Origin: an uncultured Lachnospiraceae bacterium
GTDB taxonomy: Bacteria > Bacillota > Clostridia > Lachnospirales > Lachnospiraceae
NCBI GenBank assembly: GCA_934434905.1
Contig: CAKSAI010000032.1
Span: 1-18,455, forward strand
Direction: 5' to 3'
DNA length: 18,455 nucleotides
Shown here: one piece after another, positions 1 to 8,270 of the stretch
Position numbering within the stretch: position 1 is the first letter of the stretch
Layout: each line of letters opens with the position of its first letter
Made by a program: the position numbers and the translations under genes
The notes under the pieces: model-generated
What the model saw: the letters and a program-made list of their open reading frames with translations, nothing else
Database searches by the model: none
What the model was told of the DNA's origin: nothing

Positions 1-1
1 T

Positions 2-184
2 TCTGAAAATGCGGCTATTATCGGTGATCGGATGGATACAGATATCGTTGCCGGAATTGAATCCGGCCTTGACACGGTCCTGGTTCTCTCCGGGGTATCT
101 ACCCGCGAGACCTGTGAGCAATATCCCTACCGCCCACGTCTGATCTTAAATGGTGTCGGAGATATCGCCGGAAATGATGATTAG
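2..184 (+). CDS. HAD-superfamily hydrolase, subfamily IIA (NagD/YutF-like), C-terminal 60 aa only; the 5' end lies outside the window
   Basis: Frame 2 translates to ...AAIIGDRMDTDIVAGIESGLDTVLVLSGVSTRE...NGVGDIAGNDD*, a typical HAD-IIA C-terminal capping/motif-IV region (GDRxDTDI, LVLSGV). Stop TAG at 182-184. Confidence 0.7.
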   Translation, partial: SENAAIIGDRMDTDIVAGIESGLDTVLVLSGVSTRETCEQYPYRPRLILNGVGDIAGNDD

Positions 185-221
185 AAACCTTCAATTTTAA
201 TATTTCTACGTATGCTCATAA

Positions 222-257
222 GAAAAGCCGACAGCTTTCGTACTGTCGGCTTTTCTT
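222..257. terminator. Bidirectional rho-independent terminator between the convergent HAD gene (+) and the rlmB-operon tail (-)
   Basis: AGAAAA-GCCGACAG-ctttcgta-CTGTCGGC-TTTTCTT. Perfect 8-bp GC-rich stem at 227-234/243-250, with an A-tract on one side and a T-tract on the other. Confidence 0.7.
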
Positions 258-381
258 GGGCATTTTTGAGAAAGTAATGTTTTGAAGGTTTATTCATTAC
301 AATTGCATTATAACAGAATTTGAAAAATTTTCCATAGAGTTTGTCGGTTATTAGCGGCATTTTAGCGAAGCCCGTCACATA

Positions 382-672
382 CTACCAGTTGTTCACAGCC
401 TTCTTCCAGCGTTCCTGCTGGCTCTCCCATTTCCCGTTCAGCCAATCCACAGCCTTTTGGATTCCATCCTCGGAAAAAGGAAACGCGCAGGACTCCTTCT
501 TCTCATCCGCGGTCACATCAAAGTTATAGGGTCCCTCCCAGATGGTGGCCTTCAAATTCTCCGTTTCCTCTTCCGCCACCTTCTCCAGGCGGTAACGCAT
601 CCCCTGAAAGCTCCCGGTAAATGCCGCTTTCTTGAAATATGGGATGGATAAAATATCTCTTCTTTCAATCAT
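382..672 (-). CDS. Small conserved-looking hypothetical protein (96 aa), last gene of the cysE-cysS-mrnC-rlmB array
   Basis: ORF MIERRDILSIPYFKKAAFTGSFQGMRYRLEKV...; 26 nt downstream of the rlmB stop and co-directional. Purine-rich GGAAGGGA lies upstream, somewhat far from the ATG. The family was not recognised. Confidence 0.5.
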   Translation of the reverse strand: MIERRDILSIPYFKKAAFTGSFQGMRYRLEKVAEEETENLKATIWEGPYNFDVTADEKKESCAFPFSEDGIQKAVDWLNGKWESQQERWKKAVNNW

Positions 673-698
673 AACAACATTCCGTCCCTTCCCGGCAG

Positions 699-1451
699 TT
701 ATCCGTTCATCCGCTGCCGCACGATCTCGTAGGCAAGCACACCCGCAGCCACAGAAGCATTCAGGGAATCAATATCTCCCTTCATGGGGATGGATGCCAC
801 CAGATCGCAGTTTTCCTTCACCAGCTTGCTGACGCCCTCGCCTTCACTGCCGATCACCAGCCCCATGGGTCCCTTCAGATCCAACTGGTACATGGTAGTT
901 CCTCCCATGTCGGCACACACAAACCACAATCCCTTCTCCTTCAGCTCCTTGATGGTAGCCGACAGGTTCGTGACCTTTGCCACCGGCGTGTAGTTGATGG
1001 CTCCCGCCGAAGCCTTTGCCACCGTGGCTGTCAGCCCGACTGCCCGACGCTTGGGAATGATCACACCATGGGCCCCGGCCAGATTAGCCGTTCGGATGAT
1101 AGCTCCCAGGTTGTGGGGATCCTCGATATTGTCCAGCAGAAAAAGAAACGGCTGCTCGCCCTTCTCCTCGGCTGCCCGCAGCATGTCCTCCACCTCTGCA
1201 TAATGATAGGCCGCCGCAAAAGCAATGACTCCCTGATGCTTCTTGGTCTCAGACAACTGATCCAGACGCTCCTTCGTCACGTAATTAATGATGGTATCGT
1301 GCTTTCTGGCCTCCCGGGTGATGGACTTGACAGGGCCATCCTGACAGCCGTCCAGCACAAATAATTTATCAATGGTCTTGCCGGCGCGAAACGCCTCCAG
1401 CACTGCATTTCTGCCCTCGATGAGCAGTGTTGTATTTTCTTGTTCTTCCAT
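699..1451 (-). CDS. rlmB: 23S rRNA (guanosine-2'-O)-methyltransferase, SpoU/TrmH family (RlmB/YacO-like)
   Basis: SpoU-TrmH motifs are present (LFLLDNIEDPHNLGAIIRTA, LVIGSEGEGVS, IPMKGDIDSLNASVAAGVLAYE). The start is placed at the second ATG (1451) because GGTGGAG sits 6 nt upstream of it; this leaves a TGAttATG junction with the mrnC stop. The ORF-track start at 1469 is rejected. Confidence 0.85.
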   Translation of the reverse strand: MEEQENTTLLIEGRNAVLEAFRAGKTIDKLFVLDGCQDGPVKSITREARKHDTIINYVTKERLDQLSETKKHQGVIAFAAAYHYAEVEDMLRAAEEKGEQPFLFLLDNIEDPHNLGAIIRTANLAGAHGVIIPKRRAVGLTATVAKASAGAINYTPVAKVTNLSATIKELKEKGLWFVCADMGGTTMYQLDLKGPMGLVIGSEGEGVSKLVKENCDLVASIPMKGDIDSLNASVAAGVLAYEIVRQRMNG

Positions 1452-1453
1452 AA

Positions 1454-1894
1454 TCACTCCACCTTCCACATTCCGGTACGCACAAGCCCCAGCTTCACCA
1501 GCTCCACCATACGTGCGAAATTATTATTCAGATACAAATAGCCCATAAGTGCCTCGAACCCTGTGGCCTTCCGGTAATCCGACATGGTGGCATTCTTGGC
1601 CATGGTGGGAGAATGGGCGTTTCTCCCACGCTTATAGATTGCTTCCTCCTCCGGGGTAAGATCCGGCAGCAAAACCCGGATCATCCCCGCCTGAGCGCTG
1701 GCCTTCACCATACCGCTTGTCCTTCTGTGCAGAAGATTGGCGCTGGTATTGCCCTCTCCTACCACGATTGAGCGGATGATAAGATCGTAGACCCCATCGC
1801 CGATATAGGCCAGTGTCAGCGGCGAATAGGTACGGATATCCTGGTGTTCAATTTTGAACTCCTCAAGGATATATGCATCTATGCCCTTTTCCAT
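1454..1894 (-). CDS. mrnC: Mini-ribonuclease 3 (Mini-III, 23S rRNA maturation)
   Basis: RNase III catalytic signature AYIGDGVYDLIIR without a dsRBD, about 146 aa. It holds the conserved position between cysS and rlmB, as in Bacillus. Its start overlaps the cysS 3' end by 16 nt; RBS AGAAGGAG. Confidence 0.85.
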   Translation of the reverse strand: MEKGIDAYILEEFKIEHQDIRTYSPLTLAYIGDGVYDLIIRSIVVGEGNTSANLLHRRTSGMVKASAQAGMIRVLLPDLTPEEEAIYKRGRNAHSPTMAKNATMSDYRKATGFEALMGYLYLNNNFARMVELVKLGLVRTGMWKVE

Positions 1895-3297
1895 TTTACT
1901 CCTTCTCTGGTGTCCTCCAGGATAATTCCCATCTGTAACAGTTCGTTCCGTATCTCATCAGCCCGGGCAAAATTCTTCGCCTTCTTGGCCTCTTTTCTCT
2001 CCTCGATCATGGCCAGGATCTTCGCCTCCAGCTCTGCGTCCACGCCGCCTGCTTCCTCTTCCACGGAGGCTGTCAGAAGATTCAAGGACAGCACCCGGTC
2101 AAAATCCGCAAGCAGCGCCCGTTTGGTGGCATCGTTCATATCCGCCTTCAGCAGATCGTACACCACAGTCAGCGCCATAGAGGTGTTCAGGTCATTGCAC
2201 AATTCCTTTTCAAAGCGCTTCTTATATTCTGCAAACTTCTCCTGCTCCACGCTGCCCTCGTTTTTCAACTCACCGATCCGCTTGATCAGCTTCCGATATG
2301 CAGACCCTACATTGTCAAGCGCCTCATAGGAGAATTCCAGCGGCTTCCGATAGTGAGACTGCAGGCAGAACATCCGATATACGATCGGGTCATAGCCCTT
2401 CTCCTGAAGCAGGGACACCGTCAGGAAATCCCCCTTGGACTTACTCATCTTCCCGGACTTGTCGTTCAGATACTGCACATGGAACCAGTAATTGCACCAC
2501 TTATGCCCGGTATAACTCTCGGACTGAGCAATCTCGTTGGTGTGATGGGGGAAAATATTGTCCACGCCGCCGCAGTGAATGTCCATGGTCTCGCCCAGAT
2601 GCTTCATGCTGATGCAGGAGCACTCAATGTGCCAGCCGGGATACCCGGTTCCCCATGGGCTCTCCCACTTTAAGGCCTGATCCTCGAACTTGGACTTGGT
2701 AAACCACAACACAAAATCATTTTTGTTCTTCTTATTAGCATCCTCTTCTACATCCTCCCGAACGCCTACCAGAAGCTCTTTCTCGTTCTGTGAGGAAAAA
2801 ACATAGTAATCCTTAAGCTTTGAGGTATCAAAGTACACGTTTCCGCCTGCCTGATAAGCGTAGCCTTTCTCCAGAAGTACCTGGATCATATGGATAAACT
2901 CGTCAATGCAGTTGGTGGCAGGTTCCACTACCTCCGGCGTCTTGATGTTAAGCTTTTTGCAGTCATCAAAAAACCGATCCGTGTAAAACTGGGCGATCTC
3001 CATTACTGTCTTGTGCTCCCGCTTGGCACCCTTGAGCATCTTATCCTCTCCGGTATCGCCGTCGCTGGAAAGATGCCCCACATCCGTGATGTTCATCACG
3101 CGCTTCACATCGTAGCCAAGGTAACGCAGTGTTTTCTCCAGAACGTCCTCCATGATATAGCTGCGCAGATTGCCGATATGGGCAAAATGATACACAGTAG
3201 GTCCGCAGGTGTACATTCCAACCTTGCCGTCCTGATTTGGGATAAATGTCTCTACCTTTCTCGTCAAGGTATTGTAAAATTGTAGTTTGTTCTCCAT
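1879..3297 (-). CDS. cysS: Cysteine--tRNA ligase
   Basis: Class I aaRS motifs: HIGH-type (CGPTVYHFAHIGN) and KMSKS (GKMSKSKGD). Zinc-binding Cys positions are present (CGPT..., HIECSCISM). 472 aa. RBS GGAG 8 nt upstream. Confidence 0.95.
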   Translation of the reverse strand: MENKLQFYNTLTRKVETFIPNQDGKVGMYTCGPTVYHFAHIGNLRSYIMEDVLEKTLRYLGYDVKRVMNITDVGHLSSDGDTGEDKMLKGAKREHKTVMEIAQFYTDRFFDDCKKLNIKTPEVVEPATNCIDEFIHMIQVLLEKGYAYQAGGNVYFDTSKLKDYYVFSSQNEKELLVGVREDVEEDANKKNKNDFVLWFTKSKFEDQALKWESPWGTGYPGWHIECSCISMKHLGETMDIHCGGVDNIFPHHTNEIAQSESYTGHKWCNYWFHVQYLNDKSGKMSKSKGDFLTVSLLQEKGYDPIVYRMFCLQSHYRKPLEFSYEALDNVGSAYRKLIKRIGELKNEGSVEQEKFAEYKKRFEKELCNDLNTSMALTVVYDLLKADMNDATKRALLADFDRVLSLNLLTASVEEEAGGVDAELEAKILAMIEERKEAKKAKNFARADEIRNELLQMGIILEDTREGVKWKRA

Positions 3298-3313
3298 AAT
3301 AATTCTCCGTTTC

Positions 3314-3982
3314 TTAATTGTCTGTGCGCAATGTCTTTACTTCCCGCTCCAACTCCAACACGCGGTTGCAGAGCTCGGAATTTTCCCTCTGTAATACCTG
3401 AATATCCTCCATGATCGGATCCGGCAGATGACATTGATCCATATCGCTCCGCGGGATCTTCATATTGTCACGCTTCACGATTCTGCCCGGTACACCCACC
3501 ACGGTACAGTTGGGCGGCACCTCCTCGATCACTACACTTCCTGCGCCGATCTTGGAATTCTCTCCTATCGTAAAGGAACCGATGATCTTGGCTCCTGCGC
3601 TGACCATCACGTTGTCGCACAGGGTGGGATGGCGCTTGCCGGTCTCCTTGCCGGTTCCTCCCAGGGTCACCCCCTGATACAATGTCACATTATCGCCGAT
3701 CACCGTGGTCTCGCCGATGATAACGCCGCTGCCGTGGTCGATAAAAAAGCCTTTGCCGATGACAGCGCCGGGATGGATCTCAATGCCGGTTCGTCTGGCC
3801 GCCCGCTGGGAGATCAGTCTCGCACGAAAATAATGCCCCTTTTCGTATTGTTTATGCGCCCTGCGGTAGCTGAGCATCACCTTGAAGCTCGGATACAGCA
3901 GCACCTCAAGCGGCGACTTGATGGACGGATCCCGCTCCTTGATAACTTGAAATTCTTCTTTTATACGCCGGATAAAGCCCAT
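3314..3982 (-). CDS. cysE: Serine O-acetyltransferase
   Basis: Left-handed beta-helix hexapeptide repeats (IHPGAVIGKGFFIDHGSGVIIGETTVIGDNVTLYQGVTLGG). It is followed by cysS and preceded by a T-box leader. RBS AAAGGAG 9 nt upstream. About 40 aa of C-terminal extension. Confidence 0.9.
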   Translation of the reverse strand: MGFIRRIKEEFQVIKERDPSIKSPLEVLLYPSFKVMLSYRRAHKQYEKGHYFRARLISQRAARRTGIEIHPGAVIGKGFFIDHGSGVIIGETTVIGDNVTLYQGVTLGGTGKETGKRHPTLCDNVMVSAGAKIIGSFTIGENSKIGAGSVVIEEVPPNCTVVGVPGRIVKRDNMKIPRSDMDQCHLPDPIMEDIQVLQRENSELCNRVLELEREVKTLRTDN

Positions 3983-4014
3983 GCTTTATTATCTCCTTTC
4001 CTTGCTTATTCGCG

Positions 4015-4286
4015 AAAAAAACTTCGCCTCTATTTTAGAGACGAAGTTATCCGCGGTTCCACTCTAAGTAAATGCGACAAGCGCATTTCCCTCATGGCAC
4101 GTAACGTGTGCAACTCGGATAGGACTACTCGAATGTTACGATCTACAGTTACATCTTAAGCTTCGCCCTATCGGCTCCCGGAGGCACTTCAGATAATTCT
4201 TCCTGAGAGCCGCTTTCAGCCGATGGCGGCTCCTCTCTGGCAGGAATTCCATATCCTACTCTTTCCGTTCATTGCCTTTCACATAT
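4015..4286 (-). promoter_or_regulatory. T-box riboswitch leader (probably Cys-specific) controlling cysE-cysS-mrnC-rlmB
   Basis: Minus-strand read gives a stem I start ...AAUGAACGGAAAGAGUAGG, a stem III hairpin AAAUGCG-cuugu-CGCAUUU, and the conserved T-box UUAGAGUGGAACCGCGG (4051-4069). The intrinsic terminator AACUUCGUCUCU-aaaa-AGAGGCGAAGUU plus U7 (4015-4049) can alternatively pair with the T-box. Candidate UGC triplets occur in stem I (..GAAGUGCC..); the specifier could not be fixed by eye. Confidence 0.75.
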
Positions 4287-4292
4287 AGCTTT

Positions 4293-4321
4293 AGTTTATG
4301 CGCAATCTGTTGTTTTGTCAA
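4293..4321 (-). promoter_or_regulatory. Sigma-A type promoter for the T-box/cysE operon
   Basis: Minus strand: TTGACA (4316-4321), 17 nt spacer, TAAACT (4293-4298). It lies about 40 nt downstream of the GH20 gene stop, with no terminator between them. Confidence 0.5.
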
Positions 4322-4359
4322 CTGGTTTTCGGGATTTTTTTAGTTCATCAGGCTACTAT

Positions 4360-5979
4360 TCACAGCACATCCGCCGTCACAGTCTGCGCCCAGTTGTTAT
4401 AGCAGGTTGCCCCTTTCTGATACTTTTCACCATTTCCATGGATATCCAGGGTCGCTTCCTCAAGCTCCTCGATGACCGTGATGCTGCCGTCATACAACGC
4501 CTGCAGCCGTTCCATACAGCTTCTGATACGGGCCGCCAGTCCACCCAGACGGATATCCTGGACATCGAATCCATAGGGTTTGTTCTCCGTAAACCACTGC
4601 TTCCGATAAGTCCGATGGAATACATCGAGGTTCTTTAACAGCTTCTTATAATCTGCGATGAGTGCCCTAAGCGCCTCCTTATCATGACTATGGTAAACGC
4701 TGCGCGTTCTTACTCCCAGCTCCGCCTTGATGGACAGGACATCGCAGAGCGCCTGCGCCGTAGCAAAGAGGTAGCCCCACTCTGGATCGTTCTTCATACG
4801 TCCAAGCCGTCTCGCGCACTTGGCATACTGTTCATTCTCACCGCCGGCCACCGTGGAATCCAGTAGTCCGGTGAAGCAGTCATTGTAGAGCAGATATTTC
4901 TCAGGATTATAGTAATTGTCGGCAGAATATCCAGGCGTCCCCGGCAGATCCAGCAGCAGGAAACGGTCATAAGAGATTCCGAACTTCTCCTGAAACCGTG
5001 CCTTTATATCTGCTTTGCTTGTATTTCCCTTGGCAATCTCGGACGCATAGAACAGCGCCGGCAGCAGGGCGTATCTGGAACACTCGCCGCCATTATCGCC
5101 CCACATGGTCAGGAACACATCCTGCACATTATGCTCGCGGCAGCTCTTTATGGCAGCCGTTGTCGCCTTCAGGCTGAACGCGTTATGGGGTGCAAAGCCT
5201 GTCCACGTCCACAGCCCCCCGGCAAACCAGGTATCGTCCTTGATCTTCTGATGTGCAGAGATCATCTTATTGTAATGCTTCTTATCTGTGGAATAATAAT
5301 CCCAGTAAATAAGCTGCACGTTATCCGGAATCTGATCCTTGATCTCGTTCTTGATCGCGGCTTTGCTGTTGTAATAATCACCACCGGCCACCAGGCGGAA
5401 GAACATGTCGGACCACATAGCCAGCGTAAAACCGTATTTCTTTCCAATCTCCGAAACCTTCTTCAGGTGATCGATCAGGATCTGTGACCGATCACTGTCC
5501 CCATGCAGGTCATAGTATTTTCCACGGCCGATCATGTGCGCTTCATCCATGCCGATATTGATGGTACGGCTGGTAAAGCACTTGGCAATGCTCGCAAACA
5601 TCCGGTCAATCAGCTCATAAACCTTCTCATCCCCTGCCAGCAGAATATCATTGGCATCCACGTGTGGCGCATAGGCCGGCCAACGCACGATGGCATTCAG
5701 GTGTGCCAGCGTCTGGATACAAGGAATCAGCTCCATCCCCTTAGATAATGCATAGGCATCCACCGCCTTCAGTTCCTCCTGGCTAAAACGTCCCCTCATA
5801 TAGCCGAAGTATGGATTATCATCCACCTCATAGGTATCCTCCGTATACAGAAGAAGGGTGTTATAACCCATATCGGCAGTGATGTCGATCCATTTTTTCA
5901 GGCTTTCCACGTTCGGAACAGCATTTCTGGAACAATCCAGCATTGTACCAAATCTTCGAAAACAAGTTTTACTCTTCAT
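4360..5979 (-). CDS. Glycoside hydrolase family 20-like (beta-N-acetylhexosaminidase-like), cytoplasmic (no signal peptide)
   Basis: GH20 catalytic-domain hallmarks: GTMLDCSRN (cf. the R-x-MLD-x-SRHF opening of the TIM barrel) and INIGMDEAH (cf. the HIGGDE catalytic D-E pair). There are W-rich segments in the barrel and an alpha-helical C-terminal domain. The start is moved to the second ATG (5979), which has GGAGG 9 nt upstream. Confidence 0.6.
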   Translation of the reverse strand: MKSKTCFRRFGTMLDCSRNAVPNVESLKKWIDITADMGYNTLLLYTEDTYEVDDNPYFGYMRGRFSQEELKAVDAYALSKGMELIPCIQTLAHLNAIVRWPAYAPHVDANDILLAGDEKVYELIDRMFASIAKCFTSRTINIGMDEAHMIGRGKYYDLHGDSDRSQILIDHLKKVSEIGKKYGFTLAMWSDMFFRLVAGGDYYNSKAAIKNEIKDQIPDNVQLIYWDYYSTDKKHYNKMISAHQKIKDDTWFAGGLWTWTGFAPHNAFSLKATTAAIKSCREHNVQDVFLTMWGDNGGECSRYALLPALFYASEIAKGNTSKADIKARFQEKFGISYDRFLLLDLPGTPGYSADNYYNPEKYLLYNDCFTGLLDSTVAGGENEQYAKCARRLGRMKNDPEWGYLFATAQALCDVLSIKAELGVRTRSVYHSHDKEALRALIADYKKLLKNLDVFHRTYRKQWFTENKPYGFDVQDIRLGGLAARIRSCMERLQALYDGSITVIEELEEATLDIHGNGEKYQKGATCYNNWAQTVTADVL

Positions 5980-5996
5980 AAGTATACGCCTCCATT

Positions 5997-7028
5997 CTAC
6001 ACCCATTCCCGGGTAAAAATCTTCGTTTTGTCAAACAAATACCGCGTCAGCTCTGCGATATCCATAACACATTCTGTCTCTTCTGCCGAAATATCAGCAA
6101 TCGTTCCGCCTGCGCGGTCAAGCACAATCTTATATACTCCTGCATTTTCCGGAAGAATGCGATCCAGGACTTGAACCTTCAGCACACAGGACTCCCGGCT
6201 GCGAAGCATGGGAACCAGTGCTCTTAAGTCCAGAATACGGAACATGAACTCCATTTTGGAAATCGAAAACGGCGGCTGCCATTCACGGATCCGCATAAAC
6301 AGTTCCCGGCGGTATTCCGCTTCCACGAGAAGCTCCTGAAGCTCTGCCCGCTCCTCATCTCTTCCATATGAAAATATCCCGTATATCTGCGCATTCTCGC
6401 CAACGAGCAGCACAAGCCCGCCATCCTGACAGGCCATCTCAGCCATCATTCTTCGATAATACGCCTCGGTGTGCTCCGGGAAAATATCATATTCCCGCTC
6501 CAGCAATGCATTGGCGAAACGCACCATGGCAGGAATATCCGAAGTCTCGGCTCTCCGCAGACGATAATCTCTGCAAGTGAATGCAAGTCTTTCTCTCACA
6601 CACTCTGCGTCATAGTCCCCATAATCCTCGCTGTCAACAAACGCGAAGCCGCTGGAACGGTACACAGCCGGATTGGCAGGGATCAGAAACGTAAATGGCT
6701 GGTGTTCCCTCGCCATATCCCTTAAGGCATGCTCCATCACAGCTGTCATCTTCCCCTGCCTGCGCGCCGATACGTCTGTAGCTACTGCCACCACATAATT
6801 CACCAGTGCAGCCTGCCCGAAGATCCGAAAAACATACGGATTCAGATGGATCATAACCTCCGGCTTTCCCGCGTTCTCCATCACCAGAATGCGATTGTCC
6901 GCTGTCTTATACGTATAATAGTAGTCCACAAACCTTTCGGTATCCTCCGGAAAATTCGCCTCATACATAGCCCTTGTCCGGCTTTTTTCCTCCTTAGGCA
7001 GATACCTTATCGTCACTGTCTCTGACAT
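5997..7028 (-). CDS. GNAT family N-acetyltransferase, Eis-like architecture (GNAT plus a C-terminal sterol-carrier-like domain)
   Basis: 343 aa, of the right size and layout for Eis/Acetyltransf_9-type proteins (RYLPKEE...[53 protein letters not shown]...). The start overlaps the ispF tail by 16 nt. The RBS is weak; an alternative internal Met21 has AGGAGG but 20 nt away. Confidence 0.55.
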   Translation of the reverse strand: MSETVTIRYLPKEEKSRTRAMYEANFPEDTERFVDYYYTYKTADNRILVMENAGKPEVMIHLNPYVFRIFGQAALVNYVVAVATDVSARRQGKMTAVMEHALRDMAREHQPFTFLIPANPAVYRSSGFAFVDSEDYGDYDAECVRERLAFTCRDYRLRRAETSDIPAMVRFANALLEREYDIFPEHTEAYYRRMMAEMACQDGGLVLLVGENAQIYGIFSYGRDEERAELQELLVEAEYRRELFMRIREWQPPFSISKMEFMFRILDLRALVPMLRSRESCVLKVQVLDRILPENAGVYKIVLDRAGGTIADISAEETECVMDIAELTRYLFDKTKIFTREWV

Positions 7029-7573
7029 CCCTTACACCCTGCGCAGTCCCGCCCTGCACTGTCCGACATCATACTGTCCGACACAGAGAAGCTTCCTTCA
7101 TACAGACCGCTCAGAGAGCAGATCGCCTGACTGGAGATTCCCTGCTCCGTGCCGGTGAAGCCCAACCCCTCCTCGGTAGTCGCCTTGACATTTACCTGTC
7201 TCTTATCCAGCTTAAGAACCGCAGCGATATTCTGCTCCATCTCATCGATGTAAGGCCGCAGCTTCGGCCTCTGCGCGATGATGGTAGCATCGATATTCTC
7301 GATCACATAGCCTTCCTGCTGAATCAGGCCTCCCACATGCTCCAGAAGCTTCATGCTGGATATCCCCTTGTACTGCGGATCCGTATCCGGGAAATGCTTC
7401 CCGATATCGCCAAGCGCTGCAGCGCCAAGAAGCGCGTCCATGACAGCATGCACCAGCACATCCGCATCGGAGTGTCCCAAAAGTCCCATGGTATGAGGAA
7501 TGTCAACACCACCAAGAATCAGCTTCCGGCCCTCCACTAATCTATGAACATCATATCCCATTCCTACCCGCAT
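7013..7573 (-). CDS. ispF: 2-C-methyl-D-erythritol 2,4-cyclodiphosphate synthase, with about 27 extra C-terminal residues
   Basis: [12 protein letters not shown]...[41 protein letters not shown]...[11 protein letters not shown] is the IspF signature, including the zinc/CDP-binding D-x-H and H-S-D-A-D motifs. RBS AAAGGAG. The reading frame continues beyond the usual end (...[10 protein letters not shown]) into [30 protein letters not shown]. Confidence 0.9.
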   Translation of the reverse strand: MRVGMGYDVHRLVEGRKLILGGVDIPHTMGLLGHSDADVLVHAVMDALLGAAALGDIGKHFPDTDPQYKGISSMKLLEHVGGLIQQEGYVIENIDATIIAQRPKLRPYIDEMEQNIAAVLKLDKRQVNVKATTEEGLGFTGTEQGISSQAICSLSGLYEGSFSVSDSMMSDSAGRDCAGCKGCQRQ

Positions 7574-7590
7574 ATCCGCTCCTTTCCCGG

Positions 7591-7614
7591 AAGAAAATGG
7601 GGTTGTTCACCCCC
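7591..7614 (-). terminator. Weak intrinsic terminator or attenuator between apt and ispF
   Basis: Minus strand: GGGGU-gaaca-ACCCC followed by AUUUUCUU. The stem is short (5 bp), so partial read-through into ispF is plausible. Confidence 0.4.
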
Positions 7615-8139
7615 CTACTTTCCTTCGTATGTAATGATGCTGTCTACATTGTATCCGGCAAGACGTTCTCTGCCCTTCAAGCCCGCAAGCTCCATGACGA
7701 AGCAGATCTTGACTACCACGCCGCCCAGCTGCTCTATCATGCCTGCAATCGCCTCAATGGTTCCGCCTGTGGCGATCAGATCATCAATGATGACCACCTT
7801 CTGGCCCGGCTTAATGGCGTCCTTGTGCATCTCCACCACAGCTTTGCCGTACTCCAGCTCATATTCCGCCGAAATGGTCTCACATGGGAGCTTGCCCTTC
7901 TTGCGCACCGGAACAAAGCTCTTGTGCGCTGCGTATGCCACCGGAACACCAAAGATAAATCCGCGGGACTCCGGTCCCACGATCACATCATAGTCCACAT
8001 CCTTTACCATATCCAACAGGCCGTCCACCGCCATTGCCAGTCCATCTGCATCCTGCAGAATGCTGGTCACATCGCGGAAGATAATGCCCGGCTCCGGAAA
8101 ATCCGGGATACTTCTCACATAATCCTCTAATTTCTTCAT
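7615..8139 (-). CDS. apt: Adenine phosphoribosyltransferase
   Basis: 174 aa with the PRPP-binding motif VVIIDDLIATGGT and overall colinearity with Bacillus Apt (DAIKPGQ.V.I.DDLLATGGTIEA). RBS GGAGGG 8 nt upstream. Confidence 0.9.
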   Translation of the reverse strand: MKKLEDYVRSIPDFPEPGIIFRDVTSILQDADGLAMAVDGLLDMVKDVDYDVIVGPESRGFIFGVPVAYAAHKSFVPVRKKGKLPCETISAEYELEYGKAVVEMHKDAIKPGQKVVIIDDLIATGGTIEAIAGMIEQLGGVVVKICFVMELAGLKGRERLAGYNVDSIITYEGK

Positions 8140-8203
8140 GATTACCCTCCAGATTCAGAAGTTTCAATGTCATCCGCCCGGGGCGGATCTATGTCCACGG
8201 AAT

Positions 8204-8232
8204 ATTATAGACATTTTTGCCGGATTCGTCAA
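8204..8232 (-). promoter_or_regulatory. Near-consensus sigma-A promoter for apt
   Basis: Minus strand: TTGACG (8227-8232), 17 nt spacer, TATAAT (8204-8209). The 5' UTR contains a small GC hairpin CCGCCC-cg-GGGCGG (about 8174-8187). Confidence 0.6.
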
Positions 8233-8270
8233 CTAAAATACGGCGCCCTTTTTCCAAAAACTACCTATAA

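Noticed and set aside
3428-4159. 243-aa plus-strand ORF spanning cysE and the T-box leader
   Set aside because: It is antisense to cysE and runs through the T-box and terminator. It has no motifs and no RBS.
7597-8130. 177-aa plus-strand ORF opposite apt
   Set aside because: An antisense shadow of apt with no translation signals.
8140-8270. Purine riboswitch upstream of apt
   Set aside because: The leader is too short, and the conserved purine-aptamer junction motifs are absent.
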